From the NCBI GenBank assembly GCA_963621825.1, contig CAVFFP010000002.1:80816-144815 (forward strand): a DNA stretch of 64,000 nucleotides, read 5' to 3'. The position numbers were made by a program, and so were the translations under genes. The notes under the pieces were generated by a model. It had not been told where the DNA came from, did not search any database, and saw only the letters and a program-made list of their open reading frames with translations. The number at the start of each line of letters is the position of its first letter. Position 1 is the stretch's first letter. This DNA comes from a bacterium (GTDB lineage Bacteria > Bacillota_I > Bacilli_A > RFN20 > CAG-288). Positions 46,947 to 56,121 of this stretch are shown here, in pieces.

Positions 46947-48530
46947 TTATTTTGCGATTTCAACAGCGCGTGTCTCACGGATAACAGAAACTTTGATCTG
47001 TCCCGGGAACTGCATCTCAGCTTCGATTTTATCACGAATCTGCTGTGCTAAGACTTTGGCATCCTCATCGGAGACCTTTTCCGGAACAACCATGACGCGG
47101 ACATCTCTTCCGGACTGGAGTGCATAAGAGGACTGAACGCCAGAGAAGGATTTGCAGATGGTCTCTAACTGTTCCAAACGCTTGATATAAGTCTCTAAGG
47201 TTTCGCTTCTTGCACCAGGACGTGCAGCAGAAAGAGTATCAGCGGCAGTGACAAGCTCAGAGATGAGATTGGTCTTAGGAACATCGCCGTGGTGAGATTC
47301 GATAGCGTTGATGACAACGGCAGGCTCGTTGAACTTCTTGGCTAAGGAGCTACCTAACTGAACGTGGCTGCCTTCCTGTTCTGCATCGATGGACTTACCG
47401 ATATCGTGAAGAAGACCGGCGCGCTTTGCAAGGACAGGATCCAATCCAAGTTCGCTTGCCATGACAGAAGCAAGATAAGCGACCTGGATGGAGTGGTCTA
47501 AGACATTCTGACCATAAGAGGTACGATAACGAAGTCTTCCGATATATGGGAGAAGACCGGCGCTGATTCTAGGCAAACCGAGTTTGAATATGGTCTGTTC
47601 ACCGATTCTCTTAAGTTTGTCATCGAATTCAGTAGAAATCTTGTTATAGAGATCCTCAATTCTGCCAGGCTGGATTCTGCCATCGTGGATCAGAGCTTCT
47701 AAGGTGAGCTTTGCCTTTTCACGGCGGATAGGATCGAAGCAGGAGACAGTCAAGGTCTCAGGGGTATCATCGATGATGAGGGAGACACCGAAGAGCTGTT
47801 CCATGGACTTGATGTTTCTGCCTTCACGGCCGATGATTCTTCCTTTCATCTCATCGCTAGGAAGAGCAACTGTGGATGTGCTTCTTTCACAGGTGACATC
47901 CTGTGCATATTTCTCCATGGCATTAGCCAAAAGCATCTTAGCATGATCTTCGCATTCGCTTTCAGCCTGTTCCTGCATCTGCTCCTTGTAAAGAGCAATC
48001 TTCTTCATCTCTTTTTCTTCGACGTGGGCCATCAAAGCATCTCTAGCCTCATCGATAGACATATTGGCGACTTTCTGAAGTTCGTCAGCGATAGATTCGG
48101 CTTTCTGCTGAAGTTCTCTTTCCTTCTCAGAAAGACCAGCAATCTTGCCTTCATATTCCGACTTCTTCTGTTCGTATTCGCTTCTCTTCTGATCGAGCTG
48201 ATCCTCTCTTGTAATGATGGCATCCTCTCTCTTGTCCAAAGCGGATTCCTTCTGATCAAGTTTTGCCTCTCTCTTTGCGGATTCGGCTTTGCTGGATTCC
48301 GCTTCTGCCTTTGCCTTGTTCAAAGTCTCTTCATAATCGGCTTTAGCTTCCACTTTAGAATCAGCAATAATCTTATCGGCTTTTTTGTTTGCTTCGTCGA
48401 TGATGCTATCGGCTGTCTTCTTCGCCTGTTCCTTTTTCGCTTTAGGGATGAAGATGAACAGAACAGAAGTAAGTCCGATACATACAACGCCGACTGCAAT
48501 CGCAATAATGGCTACAATTAATGGTTCCAT
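46947..48530 (-). CDS. rny: Ribonuclease Y
   Basis: N-terminal TM segment, coiled coil, KH domain, and HD domain HSIQVAYLASVMASELGLD...LLHDIGK. Confidence 0.95.
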   Translation of the reverse strand: MEPLIVAIIAIAVGVVCIGLTSVLFIFIPKAKKEQAKKTADSIIDEANKKADKIIADSKVEAKADYEETLNKAKAEAESSKAESAKREAKLDQKESALDKREDAIITREDQLDQKRSEYEQKKSEYEGKIAGLSEKERELQQKAESIADELQKVANMSIDEARDALMAHVEEKEMKKIALYKEQMQEQAESECEDHAKMLLANAMEKYAQDVTCERSTSTVALPSDEMKGRIIGREGRNIKSMEQLFGVSLIIDDTPETLTVSCFDPIRREKAKLTLEALIHDGRIQPGRIEDLYNKISTEFDDKLKRIGEQTIFKLGLPRISAGLLPYIGRLRYRTSYGQNVLDHSIQVAYLASVMASELGLDPVLAKRAGLLHDIGKSIDAEQEGSHVQLGSSLAKKFNEPAVVINAIESHHGDVPKTNLISELVTAADTLSAARPGARSETLETYIKRLEQLETICKSFSGVQSSYALQSGRDVRVMVVPEKVSDEDAKVLAQQIRDKIEAEMQFPGQIKVSVIRETRAVEIAK

Positions 48531-48770
48531 TTTAAAATACCCTTTCTGATACAGACCGCATTAAAAAAGATTCGCTGTACCTATGAATCTCTCTCGTAAA
48601 AAGATTAAAAAATCAAGAACGACTATTCGACAAAATTTTAGAACGTAAATCTTTTATATAAAACATAGAAAATAACTCTCTATGTGTATAAATATTATAG
48701 TAAAAATACAAACCTTGGGCAAAGGTTTTCTAGCAACTTTTTGCTCCTTGGTTCAGAGATCAGGGTCAAA

Positions 48771-48799
48771 AAAAGTGAAAAGCAAGCAACTTTTCACTT
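48771..48799 (-). terminator. recA terminator
   Basis: Minus strand reads aaagtgaaaag-ttgcttgc-ttttcacttt followed by ttttttga. Confidence 0.6.
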
Positions 48800-48840
48800 T
48801 GTAGACTAAATTGTTAAAATGGAATAAAGTAGAAATAAGA

Positions 48841-49890
48841 TTATTCAGCAGAAGAAGTATCGGTACCGGCAAGTTTTGCTCTTACCTGTTCTTCGATTTT
48901 GTTCTTCACATCAGGATTTGCAGCAAAGAAGTCATAAACTGCCGTAATTCCCTGACCTAATCTTTCTCCCTGATAGGAGAACCAGCTTCCGGACTTCTCG
49001 ATGAGAGAGTAATCGACAGCAAGCTGAGCAAGTTCATTATCGTGGCTGATGCCTTTTCCAAAGATGAGATTGATCTTGCAGGAACGATACGGAGCTGCAA
49101 CCTTGTTCTTGACGACTTTGACATTGACAATGTTGCCTAAGGCTTTGTCACCCTGTTTGATTGTCTCCGCTCTTCTGATCTCAATACGGATAGTGGAATA
49201 GAACTTAAGAGCGCGTCCGCCAGTTGTGGTTTCCGGATTTCCGTACATGACTCCGACTTTCTCACGGAGCTGATTGATGAAGATGACAGTGCAGGAGCTC
49301 TTAGAGAGAACGCCTGCGATCTTTCTTAAGGACTTAGACATCAATCTCGCCTGAAGTCCGACGGAGGAATCCTCGAATGTGCCTTCCAGTTCTGCTTTAG
49401 GGACAAGAGCAGCGACAGAGTCGACGATGATAAGATCAATGGCATTGCTCTTAGCGAGCATATCGACAATTTCCATCGCCTGTTCGCCGTAGTCCGGCTG
49501 AGAGAGAATCAGATCATCAATATCAACACCTAATGTCTTAGCATAATCGGGATCGATGGCATGCTCAGCATCGATATAGGCGGCTCTTCCGCCTAATTTC
49601 TGAACCTGAGCGATGGCTTCCAAAGCTAAAGTGGTCTTACCGGAGGATTCCGGACCATAGATTTCGATGATTCTGCCTTTTGGATAACCGCCGACACCTA
49701 ACGCAGAGTCCAAAAGGAGAGAACCTGTCGGAATGACACCGACATCGACATGGGTCTGTTCACCCATCTTCATGATAATTCCCTTGTCGTTGAAATAATT
49801 GCGGATGTCCTTTAAGGTTGCTTCGACAGCCTTTTCCTTCTCGACGCTGTCTAATTCTTCTGTATTCGTCTTTTTATCAGCTTTTGCCAT
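48841..49890 (-). CDS. recA: Recombinase RecA
   Basis: Walker A GPESSGKTTLAL, plus L1/L2 loop motifs. Confidence 0.97.
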   Translation of the reverse strand: MAKADKKTNTEELDSVEKEKAVEATLKDIRNYFNDKGIIMKMGEQTHVDVGVIPTGSLLLDSALGVGGYPKGRIIEIYGPESSGKTTLALEAIAQVQKLGGRAAYIDAEHAIDPDYAKTLGVDIDDLILSQPDYGEQAMEIVDMLAKSNAIDLIIVDSVAALVPKAELEGTFEDSSVGLQARLMSKSLRKIAGVLSKSSCTVIFINQLREKVGVMYGNPETTTGGRALKFYSTIRIEIRRAETIKQGDKALGNIVNVKVVKNKVAAPYRSCKINLIFGKGISHDNELAQLAVDYSLIEKSGSWFSYQGERLGQGITAVYDFFAANPDVKNKIEEQVRAKLAGTDTSSAE

Positions 49891-49946
49891 AGGTTAAAGC
49901 CTCGCTTTCATATAGATATATATCGTCAAAACGGATTTTAGAAAAA

Positions 49947-50417
49947 TTAATTGTTTTCAGCTTTGATCTTGTCAAAAATCGTAGAGAAGGCGAAATCGAC
50001 ACACTGTCTTCTGATATCTTCTCTGTCTCCGTTGAGATTGAGCTGATAAGAATAGAGCTTGTTCTTAATGTGGATAGAGATATAGACAAGGCCAACCGGT
50101 TTTTCCTCTTCAGCGGAAGGTCCTGCATTTCCGGTGAAGGAAACAGAGCAGTCGCTGTGGAAGAACAAAGAGGATTTCAATGCCATTTCATCAGCGCATT
50201 CTCTGGATATTGCACCATATTTCTCAATCGTTGCATTCTTGACGCCAAAGGATTCTTTGACCTTGTTGGAATATGCAACTGCACCACCGACAAAGACCTC
50301 ACTGGCACCAGGAACACTTGTGAACGAAGTAGCAAACATGCCACCAGTCAAAGACTCCATGCAGGATAAAGTGAGATGCTTTTCCATCATCAGCTGTAAC
50401 AAATCTTTTCTTTCCAT
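49947..50417 (-). CDS. cinA: CinA C-terminal-domain protein (NMN deamidase PncC-like)
   Basis: LSCMESLTGGMFATSFTSVPGASEVFVGGAVAYSNKVK; only the C-terminal CinA domain is present (156 aa). Confidence 0.85.
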   Translation of the reverse strand: MERKDLLQLMMEKHLTLSCMESLTGGMFATSFTSVPGASEVFVGGAVAYSNKVKESFGVKNATIEKYGAISRECADEMALKSSLFFHSDCSVSFTGNAGPSAEEEKPVGLVYISIHIKNKLYSYQLNLNGDREDIRRQCVDFAFSTIFDKIKAENN

Positions 50418-50418
50418 T

Positions 50419-51090
50419 TTATTTGCCCCCTTTGAGAACTTGTTTATTTCTATACAAATAAATGCCTAAAGATAATAACGAGAAGAATAAGGTGATTCCG
50501 ACGAAGATATTTGTAAGGATGTAAGTATATTCGAAGCGATTCGCTAACCAATAATTCAGATCAAGCTTTGTAGGGATCAAAGAGAACGGGAATCCGTTAA
50601 GGAAGAGAACAGGAATTAAGCCCATCTGGATACCAGTCTTCACTTTCCCCCAGATATTCGCAGCTAATATCGTACCTTTTCCAGCGGCAACCATTCTTAA
50701 TCCATCCATCGCCAAGTCTCTTCCGATGAAAAGGATAGCAAGGAAAGGAAGGACCTGAGAGTGACCCGTCCAATCTGTTCGGACACAGAGAAGAACGAAC
50801 GCAGAATCGACAAGGAACTTATCCGCTAAAGGATCCATGAACTTTCCAAAGTCAGTGACAAGATTACGGCTTCTTGCGATATGACCGTCAATGGCATCCG
50901 TGACAGATCCGATAATGAAGAGAATACAGCAGACCAGATCAATCCAGTTGAATCCCATATGCATGCCGCCGATGACGAATTCCTTCGCGAATGTATTGGA
51001 TGCACTCGGTATAAACGAAAGAGAGAAGATGATAATGATCACAAATGAGATGGCAAGACGTACAGTAGTAATCTTATTTGGTGTATTCAT
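50419..51090 (-). CDS. pgsA: CDP-diacylglycerol--glycerol-3-phosphate 3-phosphatidyltransferase
   Basis: CDP-alcohol phosphotransferase motif DAIDGHIARSRNLVTDFGKFMDPLADK. The start is set at MNTPNKITTVRL. The 68-codon upstream extension in the ORF track overlaps the RNase P RNA and is rejected. Confidence 0.85.
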   Translation of the reverse strand: MNTPNKITTVRLAISFVIIIIFSLSFIPSASNTFAKEFVIGGMHMGFNWIDLVCCILFIIGSVTDAIDGHIARSRNLVTDFGKFMDPLADKFLVDSAFVLLCVRTDWTGHSQVLPFLAILFIGRDLAMDGLRMVAAGKGTILAANIWGKVKTGIQMGLIPVLFLNGFPFSLIPTKLDLNYWLANRFEYTYILTNIFVGITLFFSLLSLGIYLYRNKQVLKGGK

Positions 51091-51123
51091 TCGTTTGTCC
51101 TTTCTTTTTTTAATTGACAGAAT

Positions 51124-51472
51124 AGAGTTCCGATCCTGTAAGCCATGTTTTGTCGAGGATGACAATTTATCTAGGTCAATGACCTGTCCTAAGCAGTTCG
51201 TTTCCCGCCTTGAACTTCCCTTACCGAAATTTAGGTTTCTCGCTTGTGGGGCTTCCCAACGTTGCATTTCTTCCGTTTCCGGAAGATTCGTCACTGTGGG
51301 GCTTTTATAGAGAAGACATCATGCTTTCGTTTAGATTCTTCTCAGCCGTCCGGGACTCCTCCCGGCCCAGGCTTATTGATTAACCTGGCGCAATCACTGC
51401 TCCCATCACAGAGAGCGCGAGCATGGACTTTCCTCAAATGGCATTTACCACCTGCAGTCATCCAGATCGGAT
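51124..51472 (-). ncRNA. rnpB: RNase P RNA, bacterial type B (rnpB); ends approximate within about 5 nt
   Basis: Minus strand contains GAGGAAAGTCCATGCTCGCG (CR-I), CACAGTGACGAA, CAAGCGAGAAACC.AAATTT.GGTA.GGGAA and ACATGGCTTACAG. These match the B. subtilis rnpB conserved blocks in the same order. P1 pairs 5' CCGATCTG with 3' CAGGATCGG. The region is GC-richer than its flanks and is overlapped only by implausible ORFs. Confidence 0.85.
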
Positions 51473-51481
51473 TTTTTGATT

Positions 51482-51844
51482 TTATTCTATCGTATTCGGA
51501 TTAATACCTGCCTTCGACAATGCCTCTTCCAGTTTGGAGATACGTTTGAGAAGCTCAAGATTGTTCAATGAAGCATCCTCGTTTTCGGTGATATCCCCCA
51601 GTCTTTCTTTCAGGGTAGCATTTTCTGCTTCCGCCTTAGACAATTGAGCGTTGACCATTTTAACCTTGTTCTTCAGTTCTTCCATTTCAGCATCATTATC
51701 GACGATGTACTGTTCCATCGATTCATAATCCTTGATGACAATATCAAGGAAAGAATCCACTTGAAGAGCATCATATCCAGGTTTCGTTCCTTCAAAGATC
51801 TTGTGATAGATTTTATTTGAGTCAAGCATCAATTTTATAGGCAT
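51482..51844 (-). CDS. gpsB: Cell-cycle protein GpsB (DivIVA domain)
   Basis: FLDIVIKDYE and C-terminal NLELLKRISKLEE match GpsB. The true start may be the internal MLDSNK (51829). rnpB lies next to gpsB as in B. subtilis. Confidence 0.8.
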   Translation of the reverse strand: MPIKLMLDSNKIYHKIFEGTKPGYDALQVDSFLDIVIKDYESMEQYIVDNDAEMEELKNKVKMVNAQLSKAEAENATLKERLGDITENEDASLNNLELLKRISKLEEALSKAGINPNTIE

Positions 51845-52032
51845 AGCAAATAGGTATTTCTCCTTTCACTATTATAAATCATTAATCAAATATAAAACAA
51901 TCAATTCGATATAAAGATTGAGGTGCTTTTCTTGTTTAAAATCATATTTTTGACAAATTAAGCTTTTTGTCAAAAAAGTTTTTGCTAAATTTTAGATTTC
52001 TGTCCATTATTTCCAAACATATCGTAAGCGCT

Positions 52033-52171
52033 ATTTGCGCATTTCCGCTGTGCTTCCAAAAAAGTGCGCAAACATATTACATTTTTTCAGGGATTTTCTA
52101 GGTATTAAATATATTATTATATTTAAATAGCGTAATTTCGTTCATTTTCCTATATATTCAAAGTTTGCGCA
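52033..52171. promoter_or_regulatory. Three copies of TTTGCGCA in the promoter region of the Fe-alcohol dehydrogenase gene
   Basis: Copies at 52033-52040 (+), 52064-52071 (inverted; tgcgcaaa) and 52164-52171 (+). The first two form an inverted pair with a 23-nt spacer. Confidence 0.3.
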
Positions 52172-52245
52172 TTTTAACTTGTAAGCCCTTGCAATAATAT
52201 GTTGAAATAATCAAAATATATTGTTGGTAATAGGAGGTATATTAG

Positions 52246-53427
52246 ATGAAATACAGATTTACATTACCAAGAGACATTTATTTCGGCGAAGAGAGCCTTG
52301 CTGAACTTAAGAACCTTAAGGGTAAGAAGGCCATGGTCGTCACTGGCGGTCATGCTATGCAGAAGTTTGGTTGGCTCGAAAAGACTGTTGCCTATCTCAA
52401 AGAAGCAGGATTCGAAGTCAGAACCTTCGAAGGCGTTGAAAACGATCCGACTGTCCAGACCGTTCTCCGCGGCGGAGCTGCAATGAGAGAATTCGAACCT
52501 GATTGGATCGTCGCTATCGGCGGCGGTTCTCCGATCGATGCCGCAAAGGCCATGTGGGTATTCTATGAATATCCTGATTATAAATTCGAAGATCTTGCTG
52601 AAGAGAAGATTCCTGTTCTCAGAAACAAGGCAAGATTCGCTGCTATCGGTTCCACTTCCGGTACCGGTACTGAAGTCACCGCTTTCTCCGTCATCACCGA
52701 TCCTGAAAAGGGAATCAAATATCCGCTTGCCAACTTCGAATTGACACCGGATATCGCCATTGTCGATCCTGCTCTTCCGCAGTCTATGCCTCAGAAGCAG
52801 GTCGCCTTCACTGGTATGGATGCTTTGACACATGCTATCGAAGCTTATGTCTCCATCTTCGCCAATGATGTCTGCGATCCTTTATCCTTAAAGGCCGCTA
52901 AGATGGTCAACGACAACATCGTCGCTTCCTATAACGGTGATGTTACCGCCAGAGGCAATATGCACTATGCGCAGTGCATCGCCGGTATGGCATTCTCCAA
53001 TGCCTTATTAGGTATCACCCACTCCTTAGCTCATAAGACTGGTGCCGCCTTCTCCACTGGCCACGTCCCGCACGGATGCGCCAACGCCATGTATCTGCCT
53101 CACGTCATCGAGTGCAACGCTCATGACGCAAGAGCACATGCCAGATATGCTGAAATCGCTGACTACCTCGGCTTAGGCGGAAATACCGAAGACGAGAAGG
53201 TCCAGAACCTTATCAACAGAATCAGAGATCTCGACAGAGCTCTCAACATCCCTCACGGTTTGAAGGAATTCGGTGTCCTTGAAGACGAATTCAACGCCAA
53301 GAAGGCTGAAATCGCCCACAACGCTGTCTTAGACGCCTGCACTCCTGAGAATCCTAGAAAGATGGATGACGCTCTCATGGAGAAGGTTCTTGTCGCTTGC
53401 TACTACGACACCGTTGTCACTGACTAA
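52246..53427 (+). CDS. Iron-containing alcohol dehydrogenase
   Basis: GGGSPIDAAKAM motif and metal-binding His residues. RBS taggaggt. Confidence 0.9.
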   Translation: MKYRFTLPRDIYFGEESLAELKNLKGKKAMVVTGGHAMQKFGWLEKTVAYLKEAGFEVRTFEGVENDPTVQTVLRGGAAMREFEPDWIVAIGGGSPIDAAKAMWVFYEYPDYKFEDLAEEKIPVLRNKARFAAIGSTSGTGTEVTAFSVITDPEKGIKYPLANFELTPDIAIVDPALPQSMPQKQVAFTGMDALTHAIEAYVSIFANDVCDPLSLKAAKMVNDNIVASYNGDVTARGNMHYAQCIAGMAFSNALLGITHSLAHKTGAAFSTGHVPHGCANAMYLPHVIECNAHDARAHARYAEIADYLGLGGNTEDEKVQNLINRIRDLDRALNIPHGLKEFGVLEDEFNAKKAEIAHNAVLDACTPENPRKMDDALMEKVLVACYYDTVVTD

Positions 53428-53442
53428 TACAAAACGATAAAG

Positions 53443-53481
53443 CAGGCCCGGTTTTATCCGGGCCTGCATTTTCCGTTTTTA
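53443..53481 (+). terminator. Rho-independent terminator of the alcohol dehydrogenase gene
   Basis: gcaggcccgg-ttttat-ccgggcctgc followed by attttccgttttt. Confidence 0.7.
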
Positions 53482-53563
53482 TACAAAAACAAAGACGTGT
53501 CGATTTTTATAGAAAACGTTTCCATATCCTATTAGAATATAATTACTTACATGGAGGTAAAGT

Positions 53564-54415
53564 ATGTTTAAGATCCTAAAAAAGGATGTTCTTAACCCTA
53601 CAATTATCCGTTTGGTTATAGAAGCTCCTTATGTTGCCAAAAAGGCTCAGCCTGGTCAGTTCATCATCCTGAGAACCTACGAAGACAGTGAACGTATCCC
53701 GTTCACCATTGCTGGCGAAGATCCGGAAAAAGGGACTGTCACCATCATTTTCCAGATTGTCGGCGCCGGTACAGTGGAATTGAACCGTCTCAACGAAGGT
53801 GATTCCTTAGCCGATTTCGTCGGTCCTTTAGGAAGACCTAGTGAATTGGATGGTCTGAAGAGAGTCGCCATTGTCGGTGGCGGAGCCGGTTGTGCTATCG
53901 CCTATCCTTTAGCCTACGCTTTGCACGAACGTGGTGCGGAAGTCACTTCCGTTGCCGGTTTCAGAAATAAGGACCTCGTCATCCTTGAAAAGGAATTTGA
54001 AGATGCTTCCAATATCTTCGTTAAGATGTCCGATGATGGAAGCTGGGGAAGACAGGGATTTGTCACCCAGGGTTTGGAAGACGAAATCCTTCGTCGCCAG
54101 GGAACCGATGAGCAGTTCGATGAAGTCATCGCTATCGGACCTATCGTCATGATGAAGAATATCTGCATCCTGACAAAGAAATACGGAATCAAGACTATTG
54201 TCTCCATGAACCCGATTATGATTGATGGCACCGGTATGTGCGGATGCTGCAGAGTCATGGTCGGAGGCGAGATGAAATTCGCCTGTGTCGACGGTCCTGA
54301 TTTCGACGGATGGGAAGTCGATTTCGATTCCGCTTCGGAAAGAAACACCATGTACCGCAGCTGGGAACATAAGAAATATGAAGAAGAATGCAATCTTCTC
54401 AAGGAGGGAAAATAA
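53564..54415 (+). CDS. nfnA: NfnA-type ferredoxin-NADP+ reductase small subunit (sulfide dehydrogenase beta / PyrK-like, FAD plus [2Fe-2S])
   Basis: FAD-binding N-domain QPGQFIILR. C-terminal cysteine cluster MCGCCRVMVGGEMKFACVDGPDFDG. Confidence 0.8.
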   Translation: MFKILKKDVLNPTIIRLVIEAPYVAKKAQPGQFIILRTYEDSERIPFTIAGEDPEKGTVTIIFQIVGAGTVELNRLNEGDSLADFVGPLGRPSELDGLKRVAIVGGGAGCAIAYPLAYALHERGAEVTSVAGFRNKDLVILEKEFEDASNIFVKMSDDGSWGRQGFVTQGLEDEILRRQGTDEQFDEVIAIGPIVMMKNICILTKKYGIKTIVSMNPIMIDGTGMCGCCRVMVGGEMKFACVDGPDFDGWEVDFDSASERNTMYRSWEHKKYEEECNLLKEGK

Positions 54416-54417
54416 TC

Positions 54418-55917
54418 ATGCCGTTCAACATGAATCCTAAGAAGAATGCCATGCCGACTCAGGCTCCTGAAGTCCGCAGACATAATTTCGATGAAGTCGC
54501 TATCGGCTATACTGAAGAATTAGCTATCGACGAAGCTAAGAGATGTATGCAGTGCAAAAATCCGGGCTGCGTCCCTGGATGCCCTGTCCATATCAATATT
54601 CCTGCCTTCATCGCCAAAATTGCAGAAGGCGAATTCGAAGCCGCTTATCAGATCATCTCTCAGTCTTCTTCCCTTCCTGCCGTTTGTGGACGTGTCTGCC
54701 CTCAGGAAACACAGTGTGAGCAGAACTGCTTGAGAGCAAAGATGCCTGTCCGTGAAAAGAATGCAGAAGGCAAGATGGTCGTCACCGGCATGGGTGAATC
54801 TGTCGGCATTGGACGTCTGGAACGTTTCGTGGCTGACTGGCATAGAAACCATGTTGTTCCGACAGCCTGCACCGTCAAAACCAATGGTCATAAGATTGCC
54901 GTCATCGGTTCTGGTCCTTCCGGACTTGCCTGCGCCTACGATTTAGCAAAAGCCGGATATGAAGTCACCATGTTTGAAGCACTTCATGTCGCTGGCGGTG
55001 TCTTAATGTATGGCATTCCTGAATTCCGTCTTCCTAAGGCCATTGTTCAGAATGAAATCGAAGGCTTAAAGAGAATGGGTGTCAAGATTCTTACCGATAT
55101 GGTCATCGGAAGAGTCATGTCTATCGATGAACTCATGGAACAGTATGGATTCGAAGCTTGCTTCGTTGGAACTGGCGCTGGTCTTCCTAGATTCTTAGGA
55201 ATCCCTGGCGAAAATGCAAAGGGCGTTTACTCCGCCAATGAGTTCCTCACCAGATGCAATTTGATGAAAGCCTATCTTGATACTTCCAAAACTCCGATTC
55301 AGCATGCTAAGAATGTCGTCGTCGTCGGTGGCGGTAACGTTGCTATGGATGCCTTGAGAACTCCGTTAAGACTCGGTGCCGAGCATGTCACCTGCGTCTA
55401 TAGAAGAAGCAAAGAAGAACTTCCTGCCCGTAAGGAAGAGGTTGAGCACGCCGAGGAAGAAGGTGTCGTATTCGATCTTCTCAGAAATCCTGTCGAAATC
55501 TTAGAAGACCGCACCGGTTCTCCTTCTCCGAGAGCTAGCGACTTCAACCCGAATTACGGAAGCGTTATCGGAATCAAGGTCCAGAAGCAGAAATTAGGTG
55601 AACCGGATGCATCTGGAAGAAGAAGACCGGTTCCTGTCACTGTCGAAGAGGATCCGGAAGCCATCTATACTATTCCTTGCGATTGCGTCATCATCGCTAT
55701 CGGTACCACACCGAACCCGCTCATCAAACACACAACTCCTGGTATCGAAACCAATAAGCACGGCTGCCTTATCGTCAATGAAGAGACCAACGAAACAACA
55801 AAGAATGGTGTCTTCGCCGGCGGCGATGCTGTCACCGGTGCTGCTACCGTCATCCTTGCCATGGGCGCTGGCCGTAAGGCTGCTAAAGCAATCGACGATT
55901 ACATCCGCGCTAAATAA
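54418..55917 (+). CDS. nfnB: NfnB-type NADPH-dependent oxidoreductase (glutamate synthase small-subunit-like; 2x[4Fe-4S], FAD, NADPH)
   Basis: Fe-S cysteine motifs CMQCKNPGCVPGCP and CGRVCP. Dinucleotide motifs IAVIGSGPSGLACA and VVVVGGGNVAMD. RBS aaggaggg precedes the ATG at 54418; the ORF-track start 54388 overlaps nfnA. Confidence 0.85.
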   Translation: MPFNMNPKKNAMPTQAPEVRRHNFDEVAIGYTEELAIDEAKRCMQCKNPGCVPGCPVHINIPAFIAKIAEGEFEAAYQIISQSSSLPAVCGRVCPQETQCEQNCLRAKMPVREKNAEGKMVVTGMGESVGIGRLERFVADWHRNHVVPTACTVKTNGHKIAVIGSGPSGLACAYDLAKAGYEVTMFEALHVAGGVLMYGIPEFRLPKAIVQNEIEGLKRMGVKILTDMVIGRVMSIDELMEQYGFEACFVGTGAGLPRFLGIPGENAKGVYSANEFLTRCNLMKAYLDTSKTPIQHAKNVVVVGGGNVAMDALRTPLRLGAEHVTCVYRRSKEELPARKEEVEHAEEEGVVFDLLRNPVEILEDRTGSPSPRASDFNPNYGSVIGIKVQKQKLGEPDASGRRRPVPVTVEEDPEAIYTIPCDCVIIAIGTTPNPLIKHTTPGIETNKHGCLIVNEETNETTKNGVFAGGDAVTGAATVILAMGAGRKAAKAIDDYIRAK

Positions 55918-56121
55918 TCCGAGATAGAAATACTATCGAAAAATTCAATCACCCATCTTAATTTGAACAAATAAATCAAAAAGAGGCTGTTGCAGAATGA
56001 ACTTTCCTTAAGTTTGTTCTAACAGCCTCTTTTTCGTTTCTACTTTATCCTATAGTTCTATTTAAAGTCCAACATCTGAGATTCATTACATTCTATGAGC
56101 GTAAGTGTTGTTATATCGGTT

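Noticed and set aside
48531-48840. Searched the recA/rny intergenic region for a Cheo-type LexA box (GAAC-N4-GTTC)
   Set aside because: Only half-site-like fragments were found (gaacgactattcgac, tagaacgtaaatc); there is no convincing dyad. recA is probably transcribed from upstream through cinA.
50891-51504. ORFs 50891-51310 (+), 51244-51504 (+), and the pgsA N-terminal extension to 51294
   Set aside because: They overlap the RNase P RNA gene and each other. The translations are low-complexity or arginine-rich artefacts of a GC-richer structured RNA.
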